A stretch of DNA of 59,976 bases, taken from the IMG/VR virus record IMGVR_UViG_3300032116_000208, positions 1 to 59,976 of that record; one strand, given 5' to 3'. The first letter of the stretch is position 1. Each line of letters opens with the position of its first letter. Shown in pieces: positions 9,101 to 16,250 of this stretch. This stretch comes from a virus (Duplodnaviria; Caudoviricetes). The position numbers and the translations under genes were made by a program. The notes beneath the pieces are model-generated. The model was not told where the DNA came from. It searched no databases and worked only from the letters and a program-made list of their open reading frames with translations.

Positions 9101-10674
9101 CCGAAATCTTCGACGAGTTGACCAAGCGCTACGCAGGTACGCTGGACCCACAGCCAAGCCCGTTCATCAACGGTCTGACCAACATGGCGTCCAAGTTCTT
9201 CTTGGCCTCCAGCCCCGGCTACTACTTGCAGAACTTGACACAGCCGTTCATGATGTCCCTGCCTGCCATGGCAGGTCGTCACGATTACACCAAAGCTGCC
9301 GCTGAGCTGGCCAAGGCGTACGGTGAGTTGGGCCCACTGTTCAAGGATGTGAAGCTGTTCGACGAGCAGTTTGACTTCTCCAAGGTGCCTGCTGACGTGC
9401 GTAAAGCCATCAACGAGTTGGTCAACCAAGGCAAGATTGACATTGGTCTGGCCACTGAGATCAACGAGTACAAGGTAGAAGCCGACAACAAACTCAGCAA
9501 GTTTGCGCAGCGTTTGAACAAGGGCATGCGCTTGGCCGTGCAGAAAGTGGAAGCTACCAACCGCCTGTCTACTGCCATTGCTGCCTACCGTTTGGAGTTC
9601 GCCCGGACTAAGGACGCTGACAAGGCAACCCAGTACGCTGCTGACATCCTGACTGACACCCATGGTGACTACACAGCCTTCAACGCTCCTCGTGCGTTCA
9701 ACACCCAGTGGGGTAAGGTGGCTTTGCAGTTCCGCAAGTTCCAGTTGATTCAGATCGCGTTCTACTCCAAGCTGGTTCGTGACGCGTTCACCAATCCTGC
9801 CGAGCGTGCAGCAGCCATGAAGACTCTGGCCTATTCGCTGAGCCACACTGCCGTGTTCGCTGGCATGATGGGCTTGCCCGGCTACGCTGCCATTTCTGCA
9901 ATCTTGGGCTTCTTCGGTGACGAGGACGAGCCGTACGATCTGACTGCTGAAATGCGCAAGGCGCTTGGCCCTGAGTGGGCTAACATCATCATGCGTGGCG
10001 CTCCAACCGTTGTGGGTATGGACTTGTCCGGCAAGATCGGCGCTGGCAACATGCTGTCCATCATGCCATTCAGTGACGCTGACTTGAGCACCAACGCAGG
10101 TCGCGCCGAAGCTTTCGGTACATTGATTGGTGGTGCAGCTTTGGGGATGACATCCCGCATCATTGACGGCCTTGGCCTGATTGCCAGCGGTGACTACTAC
10201 AAGGGTGTTGAGCGTGTTATGCCAAAGGGTGTGTCCGACGCGCTCAAAGCTGCACGCCAAGGTGCTGAAGGTATGACTCGCCGCAACGGCGATGTGGTCT
10301 TGCCCGACAGTGAGATCAGCTCCCTCGACACAGTATTTACTGCGTTGGGTGTGCCTGCTGTAGAGCAGACTGTAACCTACGAGCGTCAGAACCGCATGCG
10401 CGATTTGACCAAGAACTTCCAAGACCGCACCACGCGTATCAAGAACGACTACGCCAAAGCTGTCCGCGAGAAGGACACTGCTGCCATGGCCGAAGCCCGC
10501 ACTGCATGGACTAAACTCCAGCAGGCTCGCCAGCGTAACGGCTTGACACCACAGCCAGTATCCAGCCTGCTGAAAGCACCGCAGGAACAGAAGGCTCGTG
10601 AGCAGCGCACCGTAGGTGGTGTACAGTACCGCGAAGGCCAGCGTAAACTGGCAGAATCCGTAGCAGCAGATTAA
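3160..10674 (+). CDS. Giant polyvalent internal virion protein (sigma4-like HTH, Tudor/SH3, ART-like, HExxH zincin, PLxRFG-like)
   Basis: 2504 aa; motifs EIADSFGIAESRVRQI, GDTVKNPKLGTGVV, RHGT..AVYLT, HEVGH..EEVFA, YAPIKRTGSY; follows the ejection genes. Confidence 0.8.
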   Translation: MPFVPLRTVVGTDEEDTGFKPLRDVYLGPAPQRGAIAAGLSAGVDQLQGLGYSALGGVADIAGASGARDWANEQARRNQVDASVGGRPDLERIEDQSLGSALPYLGYQVAKQVPTMLGIAGAQLIPGAGQVAGAVGLTRLGAVAPRMLGGGGLQAGSSAAARRAALAQGEVFGTGTLAGSAMGFGSLYGESVEGGDPSPFKSLALAPIYGAAEAVLPAVLQGSLRAPARYSGNIGTRMAKAGGVAGAGEALTELGQNELEMGMRSDLTAEEMASRRLNAAAAGLIVGGSLGTVGGVRGPRRPDTESDLTQPLDTTTRPDPSQFVTQDQTVGLKKFIDVNTGVVRPSRKDYEKQFEAAFNEPSGQFVADAATGVERELTVGELMQRGSTAMDLTQDKPADTAAAATAATNVATTRDPRDVFLRDELKVIPNNNSRQLFTLMEEQGVDPTSPAMVPVWNYAAAKYMTPSRLTKATELMDAAIIQSRKEAPIGTGISTVQQPAGGVGVGGPVVQGSVGNAGRPAPVAGAMDGSAPAAGAPLQQAGILPVAPGQPSTTVTTGAPSGPQASQTIQTAPQGQTATTVPAAAPVRANTTLRLNQQEKLPGETDITNIADIARMTGNAGGIDAVLEDEAGLRADQRDFTDDDLNAVIEEQVGKGKNADRDRQILRAYITARRAVPSGYKGNIAKEIADSFGIAESRVRQIGNPEKLADIAVSMGFDRAQVFDRLGIQSAQKALATELGKLEGELTRLKAKAKPTKADIARMAELDEQITRINDEVEAGDMAAAFKEAGIEGEAGEAFGNLDDAREWQKASTAGSQMAVKLVSIADTIAELKTAAAELNQLGLAQAEAAAAERIKELTAEYQAIVSGYEAKPEAAAPKKGKGKGKAAEKASEEKDAAKEAEAAKFRAERAAKLQADRNGLAVGDTVKNPKLGTGVVKSFAGDGDATTVTVAFQSGQTKELSVKLAKLEKTDAVQVESPAGVSVQPKAETGEKVGRQVRRAPKPAAEGKAQVPAVILTQAEQAAQAWDVVAADFPEAPKFADLTKAQQNTFIGFGEGNWERGDVELELTKLARAAAPTQRAIRLRHGTTAANKAMIEKLGHMDPEGGERQYTYSEFGRKAVYLTRPEGWWLDKEKAAAGRAVVYDSYVDVELPSDANVVTINNMADFEALAKRVGESSAKSMANKLAVDGLDWLSQAKELRSITLDQAVQKYIREQKESAAKYGGFDTKGVNTLGELADFLNTNVNNQYTQTTEAELRTRIRDNWLDAKSYELDTFGESDAMTQKLIDAGVDVIDIAPDADVGVAADQVVVLRPELVKLASAVKQQEAFLRKSRRSVRTADQSGVEFESVEASLDDLSNYSEGIAAGIRSLRDVDMGNAVDAIDSWMVTFSPVSWDAIYTMIDGKRTIIYNGVILKDKVLSTVATLHEVGHGIDEVQGGAGKFSGGAEFRMSRVNGELMSMRPGTVADELLNHWEDASETSALGGMLNYPLDMTDPENRSLTMQELREEVFAQVWAFSNLNGGMDYLRDNLPTTHAFMEKAHEQVKATNYQRAQGAQQGAQSGQVQAGQQNAQPAGAVLRASRQAKQGLIDRNIAKLPKMSQQPVRNLAGALGDIGGAGLDYVVFTSDLVKRAVAAGLPAAQTFSDRLASRNAKVSEEERKIEKIADRYASIEDDAKGSGPGSVNEFLFESTRTGKWGYGKFRDAKMGAAFDALGPKAQQFVKDVFAHGDATLSNKKKIVLDAANSEYDAMIKAAQDAGDTKTEATLKAEKAATLKRFQTLFRIREGMPYAPIKRTGSYVVIGESAEYQKAKANKDTATLKKLESDPDHYHVSFTDTKWQARSLRDRLAEQGVFTDPQVVSRSESFDEAFSGEAMLPALTKMRAAVDRRAQDSTGKKDPTAGKLLNIINQLYLEALAEGSARKSEMRRRGVAGEVDMLQSFTQQGRADANFLASVEFEPKIQDALQQMRNQSRTGDRERKSEIFDELTKRYAGTLDPQPSPFINGLTNMASKFFLASSPGYYLQNLTQPFMMSLPAMAGRHDYTKAAAELAKAYGELGPLFKDVKLFDEQFDFSKVPADVRKAINELVNQGKIDIGLATEINEYKVEADNKLSKFAQRLNKGMRLAVQKVEATNRLSTAIAAYRLEFARTKDADKATQYAADILTDTHGDYTAFNAPRAFNTQWGKVALQFRKFQLIQIAFYSKLVRDAFTNPAERAAAMKTLAYSLSHTAVFAGMMGLPGYAAISAILGFFGDEDEPYDLTAEMRKALGPEWANIIMRGAPTVVGMDLSGKIGAGNMLSIMPFSDADLSTNAGRAEAFGTLIGGAALGMTSRIIDGLGLIASGDYYKGVERVMPKGVSDALKAARQGAEGMTRRNGDVVLPDSEISSLDTVFTALGVPAVEQTVTYERQNRMRDLTKNFQDRTTRIKNDYAKAVREKDTAAMAEARTAWTKLQQARQRNGLTPQPVSSLLKAPQEQKAREQRTVGGVQYREGQRKLAESVAAD
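4625..4825 (+). CDS. Nested +1-frame ORF A (66 aa) in the giant gene
   Basis: AAGGAGG at 4612-4618, TTG start 6 nt later; globular-looking product over a low-complexity linker of the host gene. Confidence 0.6.
   Translation: MAQEFLLYSSLQEAWESGALSFKEVWEMQDALLLSQEQWTEVPQQLEPHFNKLAFFQSPPGNHLPL
6074..6247 (+). CDS. Nested +1-frame ORF B (57 aa, MPFKSKAQ-type basic protein)
   Basis: GGAG at 6063-6066, ATG 6074; N-terminus resembles small stand-alone basic phage proteins. Confidence 0.65.
   Translation: MPFKSKAQQGYLFSQKPKLAKKWADKYGVPQSLPQKVKPKSQPSSSPKPSKQPKRGM
7784..7927 (+). CDS. Nested +1-frame ORF C (47 aa)
   Basis: GGAGAAGG upstream, ATG 7784; overlies the Q/A/G linker after the zincin domain. 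Confidence 0.4.
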   Translation: MNKSKPQTTNAPKVPSKVLSQDKFKLDSKTRSLLGQFLEPAVKPNKG

Positions 10675-10683
10675 GGAGTAACC

Positions 10684-10938
10684 ATGGCCAAGACACCTGC
10701 ATGGCAGCGCAAAGAGGGCAAGTCCGAGAAGGGCGGGCTCAACGCCAAGGGGCGTGCGTCTTACAACAAGGCGAACCCCGGCAAGCCGGGGCTCAAGGCT
10801 CCTCAGCCAGAGGGTGGCCCACGACGTGACTCATTCTGTGCCCGCATGGAGGGTATGAAGGAGAAGCTGACCAGCGCCAAGACTGCCAAAGACCCCAACA
10901 GCCGCATCAACAAGTCGTTGCGTGCATGGAAGTGCTGA
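10684..10938 (+). CDS. Small basic conserved phage protein (DUF6321-like)
   Basis: GGLNAKGRASY..SFCARM..SLRAWKC motifs; TAAGGAG RBS. Confidence 0.7.
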   Translation: MAKTPAWQRKEGKSEKGGLNAKGRASYNKANPGKPGLKAPQPEGGPRRDSFCARMEGMKEKLTSAKTAKDPNSRINKSLRAWKC

Positions 10939-10939
10939 C

Positions 10940-11128
10940 ATGGCTACCAAAGCAAAGTCCACAGTAAACGCTGCTGGCAACTACACCAAGCCCGAGCTGC
11001 GCAAGCGGATCGTGTCTCAGGTTAAAGCTGCTGCTACCCAAGGCACTGGTGCTGGCCAATGGTCAGCTCGCAAGGCACAGCTTGTAGCCAAGAAGTACAA
11101 GGCCGCTGGCGGGGGGTACAGAGATTGA
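10940..11128 (+). CDS. Small basic protein (WSARKAQ motif)
   Basis: NYTKPELRKRI..GQWSARKAQL..YKAAGGGY. Confidence 0.75.
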   Translation: MATKAKSTVNAAGNYTKPELRKRIVSQVKAAATQGTGAGQWSARKAQLVAKKYKAAGGGYRD

Positions 11129-11358
11129 AAGCCCCCCAAAAATCCCTCAAAGACTGGACCAGTCAGAATTGGAAGACTAAAAGTGGAAAACGATCATCTG
11201 ACACGGGCGAAAGGTATTTACCTGAGTCTGCAATCAAGAGTCTTAGCCCTGCTGAATACGCTGCGACAACGCGTGCAAAACGCGCTGGCAAAGCTGCGGG
11301 GAAACAGTTTGTAGCGCAACCCAAAAAGATCGCTGCAAAAACCGCAAAGTACCGTTAA
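11125..11358 (+). CDS. Small basic protein (DUF5872-like)
   Basis: TTGA overlap start; SLKDWTSQNWKTKSG..ERYLP..KQFV. Confidence 0.7.
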   Translation: MKAPQKSLKDWTSQNWKTKSGKRSSDTGERYLPESAIKSLSPAEYAATTRAKRAGKAAGKQFVAQPKKIAAKTAKYR

Positions 11359-11377
11359 CCCCAACTGGAGAATCCCC

Positions 11378-11527
11378 ATGATGAAAGCAAAGAAGCCGAA
11401 CCCGTTCGGCAAAGGCGAGTCCAAGATGATGGAAGCCAAAGAGAAGAAAATGGCTGGTGGCAAGAAAGCCTACGCTGCCATGGAAAAGAAGTACGAGGGT
11501 AAGAAGTCCACCTCGAAGATGAAATAA
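11378..11527 (+). CDS. 49-aa Lys/Met-rich protein
   Basis: GGAG RBS; MMKAKKPNPFGKGESKMMEAKEKK...; below the ORF-track cutoff. Confidence 0.7.
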   Translation: MMKAKKPNPFGKGESKMMEAKEKKMAGGKKAYAAMEKKYEGKKSTSKMK

Positions 11528-11538
11528 GGAGAACCACC

Positions 11539-11676
11539 ATGATGTACGGAAAAATGATGATGGCCAAGGCCCCCGCAAAAGGCGGTAAGAAAGCTGCCCC
11601 TTTCAAACCCTGCCCCGGCTGCAAGAGCCCTGCTAAGTGCAAGGCTGCTGGCAAGTGTTTGGCCAAGTCCAAGTGA
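11539..11676 (+). CDS. 45-aa Lys-rich protein with four Cys
   Basis: TAAGGAG RBS; FKPCPGCKSPAKCKAAGKC. Confidence 0.7.
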   Translation: MMYGKMMMAKAPAKGGKKAAPFKPCPGCKSPAKCKAAGKCLAKSK

Positions 11677-11679
11677 CGT

Positions 11680-11710
11680 AAAAAAACCCCCGGGCCTTTC
11701 GACTCGGGGG
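11680..11710 (-). terminator. Rho-independent terminator where the two arms converge
   Basis: CCCCCG-AGTC-GAAA-GGCC-CGGGGG followed by T7 on the - strand. Confidence 0.85.
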
Positions 11711-11751
11711 TTAAGGTTCCTCAACACAAAGGAGCTGACATGACAATCAGC
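11680..11751 (-). ncRNA. Putative 72-nt trans-acting antisense sRNA
   Basis: Own promoter, two small hairpins plus terminator, complementary to several SD/AUG regions (see findings). Confidence 0.65.
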
Positions 11752-11757
11752 GGGGCG

Positions 11758-11787
11758 ATCATACCTCGTTGGCTGCTGCATCGTCAA
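11758..11787 (-). promoter_or_regulatory. Sigma70 promoter TTGACG-N18-TATGAT for the sRNA
   Basis: -35 at 11787-11782, -10 at 11763-11758, inside the last codons of the primase gene. Confidence 0.7.
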
Positions 11788-14700
11788 ACTGGCTCGTCAC
11801 CAACGTCAACACTGGCGTGGCTGAGTCTGCGTTCAAGCGTCGTGTGTCCACGACAATGCAACGTGTCTGCTGCGACGTGCAGTCAGTACCACGCGTGATG
11901 ACAAACTTCTCACCCTGAGACACAAGCGCGTTGGCTTCCTTGATGCTGGCCACCATTGAATGGTAGTCCATGCGGTGAGCCATGCACCATTCCCGCACTT
12001 CCTTCTGAGACAAGATCAAGCGACCAGCTAGTTCTTTGCTGTTGGCCGTACCTAGGATGTAGCGCCCAGCGATAGGGCCATTGACTCTGTTGCGCGGGGT
12101 CTCAGGGCCACGTCCATCACGGCTGTCACGGCACTCGGTAGTGACAATAATTCGCTGGCTCAGCATGCTAATCATGCGCTGGAACGCATCTTCAGACGAC
12201 ACGGTGTTGTTCTCTTCAACCGAATCAGACAGCTCACGCAGCAGGTTCACGGTGAATTTGTACAGCTCACGGATATCAAACTCCACAATGCCCAGCTTCT
12301 TGGCGATCTTGGCAATCACGATGGTACATGCGCTGTGAGCCCGGTAGAAACGGAACTTGGGATTGGACAGCACCTCAGTGAACTTGCCCAGCATGGTCTG
12401 CATGTCGCGGTAGACCTCGGCTTCATTGGCCAGAATGTACTTGACCATGGCCGCACCAGCATGGCCAGAGTTGGCAGTCATCTTCTTGATGTTCTCGGCA
12501 GCTACCATGGCAGACGCTGACCTCCATGCATCCTCACCCTCTTCTGTGTCCGGGTACAAGCCTCGGTCTACCAGCATCAGCGGGTCGTAGCGGTCCACGT
12601 TGAGCTGAATCAGGCGCACGGCCTCGGCCTGTGAGTTGGCTTGGTTAGCCGCCAGCAACCCGTAGAAGTCACGGTTGCCAGTCACGTATACGTTCAGCCG
12701 CCACTCGGATGACTTGGCGAACACCACACCGCCGCCCTTGGATGTAAGGCGAACCTTCTCTTGGCCGTTGGATACGCCATAGGCTACGTCACTGAACACG
12801 CCAGCTTCCATGTTGGTCAGCTCATCAGCCAGCACAGGGATGTTGTTGTACACACCCAGCGTAGCCCACAGCGCGTTGGTGGTGAAGCCCTCCTTGGAGT
12901 TGAGCGTCATCTTCTCAGGGTTGCCGAACGCAGCCAGCGCGGCGTGACATGCGGTAGTCTTACCCCGGCCAGACTTGCCGCCTTGCAGGGCCAGAATCAA
13001 GCCCTTGTACAGGTCTTCGCAGTGGTGCGATACCAGTGAGCCCCAGCCAGCGCATACGGTGTATTGCCAGTGAACGGCCTCCGGTCTGTTGTACATAAAG
13101 TTCATGGCCTCGGCGTAGCCTTCCAAGCTGCCACGGCCATTCTTGAAAGCGTTGGCACGCTCCTTGGCGTTGCCACCCACCAGTACTTTGCGCTCTGTGC
13201 CGTCTTGGGCGAACAGCGTCTCACCGATAAGGAACGACTTGTGGTCATCCTTCCAGCCAAAGGCTGTCATGGTGTTGGTCTCAGTGATGCTGCGCTTTAA
13301 GGACTGCAGTTGGTCCAGCAAGTATGCCGCCATGTGCTCTCCAGCGTTTTTGTGGTTGCTCTTCGTGAGCTCGTATCGGGCCATAGCCCTCAGCAAATCC
13401 GTTGGTGATGCCACGGACTCACCTGAAATCTCAAAGTCACGGATGCGCTTGTCTGGTAGGTGCAGCCGGATGCCATAACGGAACGTGCCGTCTTCGCCAC
13501 GGATACGGGTGGTTGGGTAGAACAGGTTCTCACAGAACGGGAAAATCTGCATGACCCCTTCCTTGTCGGGGATGAGGCGGCTCAGCAGCCCAGCGTCCCA
13601 CTGGTATCCGCGAGGCAGCGCTGGTATGGTCGCTTGCTCTGCAACACCTTCCTCAGTAACAGTCTCAGCAGTAGTTTCTTCTGGCTCCGGCATCACCCGG
13701 CCCAGCACCAGCGGGGTCTTGACCTTGTCTTTGAACGAGCAGCCCGTGCAGCCGTCAGGGTTGCACTTGCTGAAGAACTCGCACGTCGTTGGTCCAGCAG
13801 TCCATGTGTCGTAGCGGATGTCCCAGTCAACTTGGCCATGGCCAGTTTCTTCGCGCTTGGAACTCCATGACTGAGCTAGCTCACGACCGTCAACGCAGTG
13901 GGTCAGCAGACCGATAACGCCGCGCCAAGTCTCGTAGTCCACGTCACCCATGGTGTCGCGCATCTTGCCAGCCTGCAGACACTTGTCAGCCATGACGTTG
14001 GCGTCTACCGGGACTTCAGGGTATTGGGTCAGGTGCGCCGTCAGGTCTGAGTTCAGGTCAGTCGGCTGATACTGTTTCTTGGGTGTCTCTTTGACAGGCT
14101 TGACGCCATTGGCTTTGGCGTAGTCAAACAGCGTTACAGCAAATTCTTTGGGGTCAATCGGCTCGCATGTAGCTATGACCTTGACCGTCTTAGCGTCGCC
14201 GTTCTTGCGGTTTGTAGAGCCCGCAGGGCGCAGGATAGAACTGAAGTCAGCCGTACGTGTAGGGTCAGCGATGACCTTGGCGTGGGCCAGCGTAGCCTTG
14301 AGGACTGTAGCCACCTTGCGCCACAGCTCATGGCCGATCTCATGGGTCAGGGGCCAGTAGGCATGGATGCCGTTGCCCGAATCCACCAGCATGGGGCGTG
14401 GGATACCGACGTCTTTGGCGAACTTGGCCATGGCCACACAAGCGTCTTTCTTGGTCAGGTAGCCCTGCCCCTTGTCGAACTTGTCTTGGCCGCAGTCAAC
14501 GTCCACCCAGAACGCCTTGGCCTTGTCCCAGTTCTCAGGTATTCGATACTTGCGCTTGGGGTTGCCTTTGATGTCGAGCTCTTCCAACTCGATCACGGCT
14601 TTTTGATACGTCGCACACGCATGGTACACAGACAGCTGCTTGCTATCAGCCATACCATCAATGGCTTCGGCCATTGTCTCAAGGTCAGTGTAGACCTTGT

Positions 14701-14791
14701 GTGCTGGGAATTTGTAGCCCTCTTTGAACAGGGCGAGGTAATGGATGCCGAACTCCGGCAGTATCGTCTTGAGAAACTCAAGGGTGTTCAT
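11759..14791 (-). CDS. DNA primase (AEP/RepB-like) - DUF927/helicase fusion
   Basis: WVDVD and VDSGNGIHAYW primase motifs, Cys cluster (TCEFFSKCNPDGCTGC), FGW motif, Walker A GKSGRGKTT, DE Walker B. Confidence 0.85.
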   Translation of the reverse strand: MNTLEFLKTILPEFGIHYLALFKEGYKFPAHKVYTDLETMAEAIDGMADSKQLSVYHACATYQKAVIELEELDIKGNPKRKYRIPENWDKAKAFWVDVDCGQDKFDKGQGYLTKKDACVAMAKFAKDVGIPRPMLVDSGNGIHAYWPLTHEIGHELWRKVATVLKATLAHAKVIADPTRTADFSSILRPAGSTNRKNGDAKTVKVIATCEPIDPKEFAVTLFDYAKANGVKPVKETPKKQYQPTDLNSDLTAHLTQYPEVPVDANVMADKCLQAGKMRDTMGDVDYETWRGVIGLLTHCVDGRELAQSWSSKREETGHGQVDWDIRYDTWTAGPTTCEFFSKCNPDGCTGCSFKDKVKTPLVLGRVMPEPEETTAETVTEEGVAEQATIPALPRGYQWDAGLLSRLIPDKEGVMQIFPFCENLFYPTTRIRGEDGTFRYGIRLHLPDKRIRDFEISGESVASPTDLLRAMARYELTKSNHKNAGEHMAAYLLDQLQSLKRSITETNTMTAFGWKDDHKSFLIGETLFAQDGTERKVLVGGNAKERANAFKNGRGSLEGYAEAMNFMYNRPEAVHWQYTVCAGWGSLVSHHCEDLYKGLILALQGGKSGRGKTTACHAALAAFGNPEKMTLNSKEGFTTNALWATLGVYNNIPVLADELTNMEAGVFSDVAYGVSNGQEKVRLTSKGGGVVFAKSSEWRLNVYVTGNRDFYGLLAANQANSQAEAVRLIQLNVDRYDPLMLVDRGLYPDTEEGEDAWRSASAMVAAENIKKMTANSGHAGAAMVKYILANEAEVYRDMQTMLGKFTEVLSNPKFRFYRAHSACTIVIAKIAKKLGIVEFDIRELYKFTVNLLRELSDSVEENNTVSSEDAFQRMISMLSQRIIVTTECRDSRDGRGPETPRNRVNGPIAGRYILGTANSKELAGRLILSQKEVREWCMAHRMDYHSMVASIKEANALVSQGEKFVITRGTDCTSQQTRCIVVDTRRLNADSATPVLTLVTSQFDDAAANEV

Positions 14792-14823
14792 GCTTCACCC
14801 CTTGTTGTATTTTTGCAACTCAT
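14788..14823 (-). CDS. 11-aa leader ORF coupled to the primase start
   Basis: GGAG RBS, MSCKNTTRGEA*, ATGA overlap with the primase ATG. Confidence 0.35.
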   Translation of the reverse strand: MSCKNTTRGEA

Positions 14824-14840
14824 GGCCACTCCAGAAAGCG

Positions 14841-14861
14841 AAAAAGCCCGCTGACGGGCTT
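14841..14861 (-). terminator. Terminator after the SSB-like gene
   Basis: AGCCCG-TCAG-CGGGCT-TTTT. Confidence 0.7.
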
Positions 14862-14909
14862 GGAAGAGTAGGGCCAGTGTACTTCAACGCCACTGACCCC
14901 ACAAGTTGC

Positions 14910-15836
14910 TTAGTCGTCGAAACTGATACCGTCGAGGTCGAGGTCCATGTCGTCGTCCACAGGCTTAGGAGCTGGCTTGGCAGCTGCCTTGGGCTTGGCC
15001 GCAGGCTTAGGCGCTTCTTCCTCAGCAGGCTCTTCCACTACAGGCTTGGCTTTAGCCTTGGGCGCTGGGGCTTCCTCTTCTGGCTCAGCAGGAGCTTCAG
15101 CAGCAATGGCAGCAGCCACGGACGAACCTAGGATGTTAGACACCACGTCAGACGCAGCGATCTCTTGGACTTCAGCAAAGCCGTCATCGTCCAGCAAACC
15201 AACAGCGGAGAATGTCAGCTTGGGGGATTCAGCTTGCAAGTCGAAGCCAACCTTGGTGACAACCATGTTGTAGCCAACACCGCGCTTGGCCAACATCTGA
15301 CCGTACTCGCCCAGTGCCTTAATGGACGCTGGAGGCACACGCAGCAGCATGGCGTCGTTGATCTGACCAGCAGGGGCCACGGCCATACGAACAGCGTCAG
15401 CGCAAGCCTTGCCCTTGGTAGCACCCTTCTCGGAGACACGCGAGCCCCACTGGTTGTGTGGGCAGGTAGCGCACTTCTTGGCCTGCTTGTTCTGAGCGTC
15501 AGCCGCTGGCTCAACACCATCGTTGGAGTAGCAGTCAGGCTTCTGGCCTTCGCTGGAGTCCTTGTCGTAGCCCTTGATGTAGAACACCTTGCTGGTGCCC
15601 TTGTTGGCTTTGAGCAACACCACGTTCAGGCTGGTAGCAGCGCTGTCCGGGTCTTTGGGGTTCATCTGGATTTCGCGCTCACCATCGCGGACGACTGCAA
15701 AGACTTTGCCCTTGATGGAGATGACAGGGAAGCCGCCACCTGCGTGGGCGGTCAGGTCGGAGTTGAGCGCAGCGACGTCAACTTTTTTGAGGAAGGCTGG
15801 CAGTTTGCTGCCGGAGTCGAATGGAATAATGTTCAT
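14910..15836 (-). CDS. ssDNA-binding/annealing-like protein
   Basis: PDCYS.DG..P and CxxCP.N.WGS..GKAC motifs; Ala/Pro linker; acidic tail ending DLDGISFDD. Confidence 0.65.
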   Translation of the reverse strand: MNIIPFDSGSKLPAFLKKVDVAALNSDLTAHAGGGFPVISIKGKVFAVVRDGEREIQMNPKDPDSAATSLNVVLLKANKGTSKVFYIKGYDKDSSEGQKPDCYSNDGVEPAADAQNKQAKKCATCPHNQWGSRVSEKGATKGKACADAVRMAVAPAGQINDAMLLRVPPASIKALGEYGQMLAKRGVGYNMVVTKVGFDLQAESPKLTFSAVGLLDDDGFAEVQEIAASDVVSNILGSSVAAAIAAEAPAEPEEEAPAPKAKAKPVVEEPAEEEAPKPAAKPKAAAKPAPKPVDDDMDLDLDGISFDD

Positions 15837-15863
15837 GGTTTTCTCTGTGATGGGAGGAGGAGT

Positions 15864-16250
15864 TTATGCCGAACGGCGGATGTTGACAACGCGCTCTGAG
15901 CGAATATTTATGCCCGGTGGTAACTCGTTGTCGTTGTTGTCGCGGAACTGCTCAATGGCGGTCTTTGCAGCCCGCACCTCAATCAAGCTCCACTCTTCGT
16001 TGGCCTTCACAAATTCCATGAAGGCTTCACGATCTGCCACGCTGGCGGTTGTACGCACAGCGGTGTAAGCCGTACCAAACTCAGTCTTCACTGAGTCCAT
16101 GCCGGTCTTGTTGAATACGTCCAACAGCTTGGCTTCGAGCTTTTCCATCTTGTCATTGATGGGGGCAACCGAGGCGTCGAAGTCGGACTTCATCTGCGCT
16201 TTCTTGTCACGTAGCTGTATGTACAGCGTGACGGCTTCTGATAATTTCAT
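15864..16250 (-). CDS. Conserved phage replication-module protein
   Basis: Coiled coil + SVKTEFGT..D..AF..F..PPG motif, between SNF2 and SSB-like genes. Confidence 0.7.
   Translation of the reverse strand: MKLSEAVTLYIQLRDKKAQMKSDFDASVAPINDKMEKLEAKLLDVFNKTGMDSVKTEFGTAYTAVRTTASVADREAFMEFVKANEEWSLIEVRAAKTAIEQFRDNNDNELPPGINIRSERVVNIRRSA

Noticed and set aside
9073-10422. 449-aa antisense ORF (also 4075-5070, 7843-8679, 28969-29808, 42091-43356, 54964-56049)
   Set aside because: Shadow frames opposite well-supported genes with biased codon use; no recognisable motifs.
11740-11898. + strand ORF with AAAGGAG SD, antisense to the primase end
   Set aside because: Lies past the converging terminator hairpin and the product is not protein-like; the SD/ATG is better explained as the complement of the sRNA seed. 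Not fully excluded.
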